A stretch of DNA of 64,000 bases, taken from assembly GCA_039680575.1 (NCBI GenBank), contig JBDKSP010000021.1, forward strand, positions 29,430 to 93,429, in the 5' to 3' direction. The translations under genes and the position numbers were made by a program. The notes under the pieces were generated by a model, which ran no database searches, was not told the DNA's origin, and worked only from the letters and a program-made list of their open reading frames with translations. Of the stretch, positions 40,987 to 51,120 are shown piece by piece (the first letter of the stretch is position 1; each line of letters opens with the position of its first letter). The DNA comes from Armatimonadota bacterium (GTDB lineage Bacteria; Armatimonadota; UBA5829; DTLH01).

Positions 40987-41583
40987 ATGCGCAGACAAAA
41001 CGATTACGACAAAAAGAAAATCGATATAGAAGTCGAAGAAACCAATAGTGAAGAAAGCCTTGAGCCGGAGACCGAAGCACTTACTCCATCGGTCGATGAA
41101 CTACAGGGTGAGATAGAGCGCCTGAGGACCGAACTGGAAGAAGAAAAGAAGCGCGCCGATGAGGAACATGACCGTCACCTGAGGGCACTCGCGGACTTCA
41201 GCAATTATAAAAGACGGCACAATGAAGAGTCTAAACAGGCAATTCAGTTTGCATCGCAGGAATTGATACTCAAAATCCTCCCTGTCATCGACAACTTCCA
41301 GCGCGCGCTCGATTCAGCCGAAAAAACGCAGAGCTTCGACGGCCTTGTAGAAGGAGTCCGCTTGACCCTTCGTCAGTTGGGCGATATTCTCGAACGAGAA
41401 GGAGTCCAGCAGATCAAAGCCGCGGGCGAACAGTTCGATCCTGCGTATCATGAGGCCGTCATGCGGGTCGAGACTGACGAATACCCGGAAAACACCATTG
41501 TCGATGAGTTTCAACCCGGCTACATTCAGCACGATAGAGTAATTCGTCCAGCAAAGGTGAGGGTTGCTGTTTCACCGGAATAG
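40987..41583 (+). CDS. grpE: Nucleotide exchange factor GrpE
   Basis: RALADFSNYKRR, ILPVIDNFQRA, FDPAYHEAV and GY...RVIRPAKVRV. Alternative start GTG 40972. Confidence 0.95.
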   Translation: MRRQNDYDKKKIDIEVEETNSEESLEPETEALTPSVDELQGEIERLRTELEEEKKRADEEHDRHLRALADFSNYKRRHNEESKQAIQFASQELILKILPVIDNFQRALDSAEKTQSFDGLVEGVRLTLRQLGDILEREGVQQIKAAGEQFDPAYHEAVMRVETDEYPENTIVDEFQPGYIQHDRVIRPAKVRVAVSPE

Positions 41584-41593
41584 AACAATGAAT

Positions 41594-41618
41594 ATAGTGG
41601 CCGGGCTTCGTCCCGGCC
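41594..41618 (+). repeat. REP-like palindrome (may also terminate grpE)
   Basis: ATAGTGGCCGGGCTTCGTCCCGGCC is 21/25 identical to the reverse complement of 44245-44269. Confidence 0.55.
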
Positions 41619-41638
41619 TTCCTTCTCATGCTGCATAT

Positions 41639-41935
41639 TTATTGTCGTTTTGGCCTGATTCCCACATACGAAAGCAAAGCCCTTCCGTTGTAGAAAATGT
41701 GTATTGTGCCAAGGAACAGGATAAGGATCCCAGCCAGTTTGTGCAGCTCTTCCGGGAAAAATCCGTGCCTTCCATGTGGTATTGGTGCAGGTGGAGCATC
41801 GCGGGTATCCACAGCGGAAGCCACTGCCGACCTGCCTCTATGCCCATCATGACCATGACTCGAAATCATGGATACCACTGTTACAAACATCGCGATAAAG
41901 CTGATCGCAAGCAATATTGATGTTACTTTTCTCAT
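41639..41935 (-). CDS. Small two-TM His-containing membrane protein (DUF4405-like)
   Basis: MRKVTSILL TM, then ELHKLAGILILFLGTIHIFYNGRALLSY. Confidence 0.6.
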   Translation of the reverse strand: MRKVTSILLAISFIAMFVTVVSMISSHGHDGHRGRSAVASAVDTRDAPPAPIPHGRHGFFPEELHKLAGILILFLGTIHIFYNGRALLSYVGIRPKRQ

Positions 41936-42034
41936 AGAATTCGTTTTCCTTATAAAGAGATAATAAAGCACTTGCAGAAAGCCTCTGGCAACATTTAAGC
42001 ATCCCCAATTCTATCGCAAGAAGCTAACGTCGCA

Positions 42035-42883
42035 TTATTCGGAGGATTGCGGAACGTGTATTACCTTGACAACCTCAGGATCCATAAAATCTATCCTTGC
42101 TGCTAATGTATTAAGCGCATCGATTGGAAGGCTTACTACCACCTGCGGGTTGCGCGGGCTGCATATGGACAATACTTTTACCTTGGCGTCATAGCTCGAT
42201 ACGGACAGGCTGCGGGTTCCCTCATCGAAGATTTGAGCATACTTCGAGAGTGTTTCCTCATTCGGCTCAGCCATCGTTATCACACAAGGCCGTTTCGGAT
42301 GCCCATTCTTGTCTACATCCTTGACCAGCCTGGCTACCCCATCAGCAAGAGTTCTGTCCTTTTCCTGCTGATTATCGTAAACGACCCAATTACCAGTACC
42401 GACGTAATGCTTGAAATCCATTTTCCCATAGCTGAGTTTCGCTGTGACAGGGTCATAACCGCCGCTTCTCTTGCTGACAGCCAGAGAATAGATATTAATC
42501 AGATTATCCGGTTCTCCAAAGGAAAATCCGTTAGCCATCGACTTGTTCAGCTCCGGTTTAGCCACGAATGTCTGCCGACCGGCGAGTATGACCGCCCAAC
42601 CACCGGCTCTTGGCGTGATGGCTGTCTTGAACGCTGCCGGATCGGTCTCAGCAAATGCCAGCGTATGCGAGTAAACAGCTTCAACATCCGATTTAGCCTG
42701 CTTGAAGCTGCCAATCACCTCATTAAAGGACGGTGTCTGAGCAGCAACCGCAATGTTCAACAAAAGAACTCCTAGAAACAACCCCATTCCGATACAGATA
42801 GTTTTAAGTCTCAAAAGATACCTCCGCACAGCCGGAAAACCCGGATAATGACATATATTAATATGACTCAGATTTATTCGCAT
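42035..42883 (-). CDS. Secreted hypothetical protein
   Basis: Long ORF with a hydrophobic signal-like stretch ending AVAAQ. The true start is probably downstream of 42883. Confidence 0.6.
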   Translation of the reverse strand: MRINLSHINICHYPGFPAVRRYLLRLKTICIGMGLFLGVLLLNIAVAAQTPSFNEVIGSFKQAKSDVEAVYSHTLAFAETDPAAFKTAITPRAGGWAVILAGRQTFVAKPELNKSMANGFSFGEPDNLINIYSLAVSKRSGGYDPVTAKLSYGKMDFKHYVGTGNWVVYDNQQEKDRTLADGVARLVKDVDKNGHPKRPCVITMAEPNEETLSKYAQIFDEGTRSLSVSSYDAKVKVLSICSPRNPQVVVSLPIDALNTLAARIDFMDPEVVKVIHVPQSSE

Positions 42884-42977
42884 TATTGCTCACGTTGTAA
42901 AATCTTGACTCTGATACCCATCTGAAGGGATAATCTTGAGAGAGGTACGCCAACTTTTCTGAAAAGGAATCTGACCT

Positions 42978-44078
42978 ATGTTCACCCACAAACTGACCGA
43001 TGATGCCGAACTGAGACTGATTGAACCGAGAAATGCTGAGGAGCTATTCCTGCTGATAGATCGGAACCGTGAGCGTCTCAGTCTGTGGCTGCTCTTTACC
43101 GATAAGACAACATCCGTAGATGTAGTACGTGATTTTGCAAGAAGAGGCTTGCATCAGTTTGCGGACGGTGAAGGTTTTTACTGCGACATCATGCTAAATG
43201 GGAAGCTTGTAGGCGGCATTGGTATAAAGCCTGTGGATCAGTGGAATCGTTCGACTGATCTTAGTTACTGGCTTGATAAAGACGCGGAGGGGAAAGGACT
43301 CGTTACTGCATCCTGCAGGGCGCTTCTGGACCATTGTTTCAACGGAATGAATCTAAACCGTGTTACGATCAGAGTAGCCGCAGGAAATTCACGCAGCCAG
43401 GCTGTTGTACACCGCCTCAATGCCATTTATGAGTTAACACAAAGGCAATCGACAATGCCCCAGGACAAAATGTTCGACATAGATGTTTTTTCCATACTTA
43501 AGGAAGAATGGACTGCCATTACTCCTAAAGATCGAGCATTCTTCACGCATAAACTAGACGATAAGACGGAATTGGGGCTTCTTGAAACAATACATGCGAA
43601 AGCAGTTTTCGAGTTGGTTGACCGCAACCGGGAACATTTACGCCGGTGGCTCTCGTGGGTGGACGAAACACAATCAGAAAGTGATGCACTCACTGCCCGC
43701 AAGAAGTATCTTCATGATTTTGCCGAGAATGGCACAATCGCAGCCGGTATCTGGCACTGCGGGAGTCTTGCCGGGCTCATTGGTCTTCATGCCCACAATG
43801 CTAATTGCATGGAGATCGGCTACTGGCTTAGTGAAGAGTATCAAGGCAAAGGTCTTGTTATAGCATCATGCAGAGAACTGATCCGCTACGCATTCGACGA
43901 CCTTCACGTCAACCGCATCGAGATACACGCTGAGCCGGGCAACACCCGCAGTTGGGCCATACCAAGACGGCTTGGTTTCATCTGTGAAGGGACTCTCAGA
44001 CAGGCAAGCGTAAGTTCGGATGGAAGCATGGCCGACTTGATGGTATTCTCGATTCTCAAGAACGAGTGGAATGCTTAG
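42978..44078 (+). CDS. Tandem RimJ/RimL-family GNAT N-acetyltransferase (two domains)
   Basis: Internal duplication: FTHKL..., DRNRE.L..WL, YWL....GKGLV and N.RS each occur twice. Confidence 0.92.
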   Translation: MFTHKLTDDAELRLIEPRNAEELFLLIDRNRERLSLWLLFTDKTTSVDVVRDFARRGLHQFADGEGFYCDIMLNGKLVGGIGIKPVDQWNRSTDLSYWLDKDAEGKGLVTASCRALLDHCFNGMNLNRVTIRVAAGNSRSQAVVHRLNAIYELTQRQSTMPQDKMFDIDVFSILKEEWTAITPKDRAFFTHKLDDKTELGLLETIHAKAVFELVDRNREHLRRWLSWVDETQSESDALTARKKYLHDFAENGTIAAGIWHCGSLAGLIGLHAHNANCMEIGYWLSEEYQGKGLVIASCRELIRYAFDDLHVNRIEIHAEPGNTRSWAIPRRLGFICEGTLRQASVSSDGSMADLMVFSILKNEWNA

Positions 44079-44180
44079 CGCGATGAGTATTATTGCGAGA
44101 TTTGTTATTTATGCTGAGGGAATGGCAGGTCTGTATAATCTACTGATTTACACAGATTTAATTCCCGCAGCATTGAGATA

Positions 44181-44269
44181 TTTCACCCTCACCCTGTCCC
44201 TCTCCCGTCAAGGGAGAGGGGATTTCAGGCGCAAAGCTGCCTATGGCCGGCACGGAGACCGGCCACTAC
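44181..44269. repeat. Cluster of REP-like palindromes
   Basis: CACCCTCACCCTGTCCCTCTCCCGTCAAGGGAGAGGGG and, on the minus strand, GTAGTGGCCGGTCTCCGTGCCGGCC, between convergent genes. Confidence 0.7.
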
Positions 44270-44285
44270 TTCTGTTCCCTGGATT

Positions 44286-46007
<1,722 letters not shown>

Positions 46008-46008
<1 letters not shown>

Positions 46009-46967
46009 TACACCAGGATCTCCGCTTTTTCCATATATTTGATCGTCTCATCCCAGCTTTTCACGCCGGTCGTCGCGCCCATTGCGCTTGCGCAGATGGA
46101 ACCCGTCGCATTACCGAGCCTGCCGCATTCTTCCAGGTTCCAGCCCTTTGCTACACCGGCAAGAAAACCGCCTATCCATGAATCGCCTGCGCCGCAGGTG
46201 TCTACCACGTTCGTTTTGAAGGCCGGACAGTGTATTTCGATGTCTTTGTTCTTGAGAAAACAGCCTTCTGCCCCCATTTTGAGCCCGACGGTCTTGACGC
46301 CTTTATCCATGAAGAACCTGGCTGTATCACTGACGCCCTTCTGGCCTGTCATCAACATGGCTTCGTCTATGCTCGGAAGGAAGTAGTCGAGATAGGGGAG
46401 CGACGGCTCCAGCGTTGCGTAACAGTCTATGGCGTCGTTCCAAACGGTATCGAGGCATGTGGTGACGCCCATTTCTTTAGCTTTTTTGAGGATTTTTGCA
46501 GTAGGCTCGCCGTCAAGGCCGGGCATGACGAAAGAACCGGCAACATGCAGAATGTGCGATTGCTCAATGATGGAAAAATCGACATCATCGATGCTAAGCG
46601 ATCCGTTCGCGCCGACATAATGGAAAAAAGCTCTTTCTCCATCCGGCGCAACGATTACAAAGCTGAAGGATGTTCCAAGATCGGAACTTCGCATCATCCC
46701 TTTTGTATCGACATTGTCTTTCTTGAGGCTGCTGAGTATGAAGTCCCCGAAAACATCGTTTCCGACTTTTCCGATCACCCCGACCCGCATCCCAAGCCTG
46801 GCAAGTGTGGTTCCGGTGTTATTAGCGCATCCGCCGGTAGCGAGTTCGACATGCTCCACCACCTGAAGCTGCCGCCAGTCCGGCATTCGCTCCACTGGTT
46901 TTCCCAGTGTGTCAGCGACGAATATACCAAGACAAGTTACATCGAATTGTTTTTTTTGATTCAGCAT
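46008..46967 (-). CDS. PfkB-family carbohydrate kinase
   Basis: Motifs GGCANN, GKVGNDVFG and VVDTCGAGDSWIGG. Start uncertain (46967 or 47006). Confidence 0.92.
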
Positions 46968-47047
46968 TTTTAGTTCCCATACCACATCGAATCTGGCGTT
47001 CAGCACAAGTATATCACTGCCGGATTCTTTATTAAAGCGCTTTTTTG

Positions 47048-47076
47048 TTGACTAAGAGCCCGGCGTTTGGTATAAT
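47048..47076 (+). promoter_or_regulatory. Sigma70 promoter of the tRNA pair
   Basis: TTGACT-N17-TATAAT. Confidence 0.8.
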
Positions 47077-47093
47077 TCCAGTGCCATAAATGT

Positions 47094-47169
<76 letters not shown>

Positions 47170-47174
47170 TTCGC

Positions 47175-47252
47175 GGCGGGTGTAGCTCAGTTGGTTAGAG
47201 CGCCAGGTTGTGGCCCTGGAGGCCGAGAGTTCGAATCTCTTCACTCGCCCCA
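47175..47252 (+). tRNA. tRNA-His (anticodon GTG)
   Basis: G-1, acceptor GCGGGTG/CACTCGC, anticodon arm CCAGG-TTGTGGC-CCTGG, C discriminator and encoded CCA. Confidence 0.97.
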
Positions 47253-47273
47253 AAATCAAATATAATGTATTAT

Positions 47274-47299
47274 AAGCGCCTTATCATAGGCGCTTTTTT
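47274..47299 (+). terminator. Terminator after the tRNAs
   Basis: AAGCGCCT...AGGCGCTTTTTT. Confidence 0.8.
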
Positions 47300-47461
47300 C
47301 GTGTGTTACGCTTTTACGACCGGCAAACAGGAACACGTATCTCGTTAATGTAACGTTATTCTCATTATAATAAACAATTTTGACGCATAATATTCGTAGT
47401 GATATAATAACTTGCAGATGTTCAGAGCTTATATAGCAGGTTTGCTGATCGGAGAATCAGT

Positions 47462-49528
47462 ATGCATGTTGTTAAGGAGCAAAAAGAAAACGTTGTCCGG
47501 CGCACGAGATTAAGTCACATAATTGCAGCCGTAATATGTGCTCTTGGGGTAATTGCCGCTCTGTTTATAAGGGCATACTCAAAGGGTGCTATGTCGCCTT
47601 TTTGGTATATCCCGCTCCACACAATTATCGAGTTTACCAGTATAGTCGTAAGCATCGCTGTATTCGTAGTCGGTTGGTATGGCTATCAGCAGAACAACAA
47701 CCGCCGGGACCTGTTCATTGCGAACGCTTTTTTGGTTATTGGTGTGTTGGACTTCATGCATACAATTTCCTTTAAGGGTATGCCTGATTTTATTGGTACC
47801 AATACTGTGGGTAAAGCGGCAGCATATTGGATATTAGCCCGGATTATCAGCGCTTTTACTCTCCTCGTTACGGCATTCATTTCACCAAATACCAGGAACA
47901 GGTGGATAAAGCCAGGAATTCTGGCATCAGCTTCAGTAATTTTAGTCGCTGCAGTAATCACCATTTTTCATGTATATTCAAAAGAAGTCTCTGAGCTTAT
48001 TTATATAACAGGGTCAGGTATAACTCTGTTCAAGATTGTACTGGATTACCTGGTCATCAGTGTCTATATAATAGCTTTTTGGGCACTTGGAAAGAACAGC
48101 GAATCGTTCATAGACTCAAGCGATATTCTCAAAACGGCGATTATTTTTGCGATTGGAAGCGAGATTTGTTTCATGCTCTACCAAAGCCCTTACGATACGC
48201 ACAATCTGCTCGGCAATATTGCTAAAGCTATATCGAATTATTTTGTTCTTCAGGCGCTTTTTGTTTCATCGCTCCGCAGGCCGTATGAGGAATTATCGCG
48301 TGCGAACAGGCGGCTTCAGGAATCATTTACAAGTATCGGTGAAGCGCTAGGATCGGGGCTTCAGAAGGAATCGACATTGCGCCAGATAGTGGTGCTGACA
48401 CGCCAGATGTTCAATGCAGACTCTTCTGCGATAGGTGAAGTCAAGCCCGATGGGGTAATTGAAGTTGCTACGTTTGAAGGGCTGGGCGATTCCCACCCAT
48501 TCGGTATTTCTCTCCACGAATCCCTGGCAGGCGAAGTGTTTACCACTGCAAAACCTAAGGTTGTTTCGGATATGGCGACTGATAGCAAGCGCAAGCACTC
48601 CGAATTCGCAAAACGAGGTATGCGTTCGATCATGTGGGCTCCCATCGTCAGCGAAGGCAGGTCGGTGGGTGCCATTTATGTTGGTTCATTCGAAACCGGC
48701 AAGTTCACTGATGATGATGCGGATATACTGACGGCATTCGCGCGGCATGCAGCTATTGCTCTTGCGAACTCCGAGCATTATGAACATGAACACCGGATTG
48801 CAGAGAATCTGCAGCGAGTGCTTTTCCCGCCAACGGACTTTGATTTTGGTCCGATAAAGATCGCAGGCAAATACGAACCGGCATGGGATGAAGCTCAAGT
48901 GGGCGGCGACTTTTACGATTATTTCGATCTCGGCGATGGAAGGATCGCTATTGTTCTTGGCGATGTATCCGGTAAAGGGCTGGACGCTGCGGTCCATACA
49001 GCTATTGCAAAATATTCTTTCCAGGCTTATACCAGAGAAGGTCTTACACCGGCGGAATCGCTCAAACGGATGTCTGACGCAATGAATGAGCGGGCGGAGC
49101 GTAATGAAATGCCGGATAACATATTCGTTACGATGTTCTGCGGGATACTTGACACCAAAACAGGCAGGCTGGTTTACTCAAATGCCGGGCATGAGCCCGC
49201 TATCAAGGTTTCACCAGAAGGAAATGTGATTGAGCTTGAAGCTACAAGCCCGATCATCGGTGTAATAAAGGATGCCGTGTTTACGGAGAAAGAAACAACA
49301 CTCTATACTGATGACCTGCTCGTGCTGTATACGGACGGCATTACGGAAGCCAGAACCAATGGCAATATGTTCGGGCAGGAAGGGCTGATCGCAAGTATTA
49401 AGGAATGTGCAAAAGACTCGCCGCAGGAGATAGCACAACACATCCATGAACGTGCCTCTCTCCATGCGAAAGGCATCGTTCAGGATGATGTCGCTATCGT
49501 AGTCATAAAACGGTCAGCGGATGCTTGA
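47462..49528 (+). CDS. MASE3-GAF-SpoIIE (PP2C/RsbU-like) phosphatase
   Basis: Multi-TM sensor (LHTIIE, DFMHTISFKGMP) and a GAF domain, then VGGDFYD, GDVSGKG, NAGH, LYTDGITEA and QDDVA. Confidence 0.92.
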   Translation: MHVVKEQKENVVRRTRLSHIIAAVICALGVIAALFIRAYSKGAMSPFWYIPLHTIIEFTSIVVSIAVFVVGWYGYQQNNNRRDLFIANAFLVIGVLDFMHTISFKGMPDFIGTNTVGKAAAYWILARIISAFTLLVTAFISPNTRNRWIKPGILASASVILVAAVITIFHVYSKEVSELIYITGSGITLFKIVLDYLVISVYIIAFWALGKNSESFIDSSDILKTAIIFAIGSEICFMLYQSPYDTHNLLGNIAKAISNYFVLQALFVSSLRRPYEELSRANRRLQESFTSIGEALGSGLQKESTLRQIVVLTRQMFNADSSAIGEVKPDGVIEVATFEGLGDSHPFGISLHESLAGEVFTTAKPKVVSDMATDSKRKHSEFAKRGMRSIMWAPIVSEGRSVGAIYVGSFETGKFTDDDADILTAFARHAAIALANSEHYEHEHRIAENLQRVLFPPTDFDFGPIKIAGKYEPAWDEAQVGGDFYDYFDLGDGRIAIVLGDVSGKGLDAAVHTAIAKYSFQAYTREGLTPAESLKRMSDAMNERAERNEMPDNIFVTMFCGILDTKTGRLVYSNAGHEPAIKVSPEGNVIELEATSPIIGVIKDAVFTEKETTLYTDDLLVLYTDGITEARTNGNMFGQEGLIASIKECAKDSPQEIAQHIHERASLHAKGIVQDDVAIVVIKRSADA

Positions 49529-49533
49529 TCCGG

Positions 49534-50898
49534 CTATTTTACATTCAATAAACATGAAGTAGAGAACACCTTGTCACCGACACGGAGTTCCGCAAGGACA
49601 GGTATCTTCGTCTGTGTTGTTATCTCCGGTGGTTTTACACGGAATATAACAGACTGCTCGCTCTCTTCCTGCAGTATATATACATCCTTGCTGTCCTGCG
49701 ACCACCTGAAAGTCCAGCCCTTCGGTAAACTCAATTTTACCCGCCCATGCATCTCACCGTTCGTATTGTTCTTTACAATTACAGAGATGCGGTTAAATGT
49801 TTTCAGTTCAAGCGGGTTATCTCCCGTGTCCAGACTTATCTCATAGGCTGGGACGATATCGAATGACATCAGTGATGATGCCACCAGGTCATTACCTGTT
49901 CTTAGTTCGATTCCCAAAGCGGCACTTCCCGTCGAAGCTGAGTGCGGAACAGGCGTACGGAATGTTGTGCTGAAGCTCCTGCCTGGCTTGATCCCTTCCA
50001 TGCGGATCAATTGACTTCCAATTACTCTAGATGTCTTGCCTTCGCCGCCGATAACAAGTGTATCTATCGGGATAACGGATTCACCTTTGTTCCTGATAGT
50101 GATTTTGGCAACCAGTTCCTCTCCGGGAGCAATCCGCGCATCTCTTAGTTGCATGTCAACGCTGAGAGGAGCATCGGTAGAGGACTTGGCAGTTGTCAGA
50201 TCTACTGATTGAGTATCTCCGAGTGGAGCGGCTGGAATCCAGATCATATCCTTACCGCCGACACCCACAGCTATCTTGAGACCGATCTTTTTCCCGTTTT
50301 TAAGTTCAAGCCCTTCGACGGATGTCTTTGGAACAGCAAGCTCATATATGTAAGATACTTCGGCGGAGCTTGTTTTTAGAGTGAAAGCTGTTGCTTCTGC
50401 CGCTGCGAGCGGATACCCGTTGTTCGCGGGCGTCTTTCGGGACTCATAGCGGCTTACGGCGAGTGTTGGATTACCTCCATCCTCAGAGGGTCTGACTACG
50501 AATTCGTAATTGTCCAGTCCATGGAACCAACCGTCGTCATTTGCGTCGAGAGTCACGAGAAGATCCGCGGGAGTAGTAGACTTGGATGCGATGTAGAGAT
50601 TATCGCTGTCCCAGTCTACATACACGGATGCTTTCATATCGCCATATTCGAACTTGAAAAAGGTATCCCATTCACCCTGATCGATAAGGCCGTCTATATT
50701 TGGAGTCCTTTTGAACAGGCTGCTTTCCTGCTTGACCATCGGTACCGGCAACGGCGGCGAGGGTTCCTGGGTAGATGGTTGGACAGATACCGGGTCCTGT
50801 TGCTGTATCTGTGGTGTTGCAGGACGGATATCCTGCGATAGAGACTGTCCCATAGAACATATCATCATGATTGGAATACAAACATATAACAGCTTCAA
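49534..50898 (-). CDS. Secreted protein with a CBM9/DOMON-like domain and C-terminal Ig/NEW3-like domains
   Basis: Signal-like N-terminus (TTG after GGGAGGAG), PNIDGLIDQGEW, WDSDNLYIA, YIYELAVP and LSLPKGW. Confidence 0.65.
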   Translation of the reverse strand: MKLLYVCIPIMMICSMGQSLSQDIRPATPQIQQQDPVSVQPSTQEPSPPLPVPMVKQESSLFKRTPNIDGLIDQGEWDTFFKFEYGDMKASVYVDWDSDNLYIASKSTTPADLLVTLDANDDGWFHGLDNYEFVVRPSEDGGNPTLAVSRYESRKTPANNGYPLAAAEATAFTLKTSSAEVSYIYELAVPKTSVEGLELKNGKKIGLKIAVGVGGKDMIWIPAAPLGDTQSVDLTTAKSSTDAPLSVDMQLRDARIAPGEELVAKITIRNKGESVIPIDTLVIGGEGKTSRVIGSQLIRMEGIKPGRSFSTTFRTPVPHSASTGSAALGIELRTGNDLVASSLMSFDIVPAYEISLDTGDNPLELKTFNRISVIVKNNTNGEMHGRVKLSLPKGWTFRWSQDSKDVYILQEESEQSVIFRVKPPEITTQTKIPVLAELRVGDKVFSTSCLLNVK

Positions 50899-51120
50899 AT
50901 TTGGGCTCCTCCCGTAAGACTTCGGAAATATATTAACATCCACTTTAATGGATAGACGCAACCAAACTCTTCTATTTACTTAAAGTTTTTAAGCTCTATA
51001 ACCTTCAGAAATCTTTTATCGTGTAATTTATGATACAATTTGTATTGTAGAGCTTTTAAACGATATGATATAATTAGTGCGGGCAGGCTTGTAGACAAGC
51101 CGTTTTACAGGAGCAGAATC

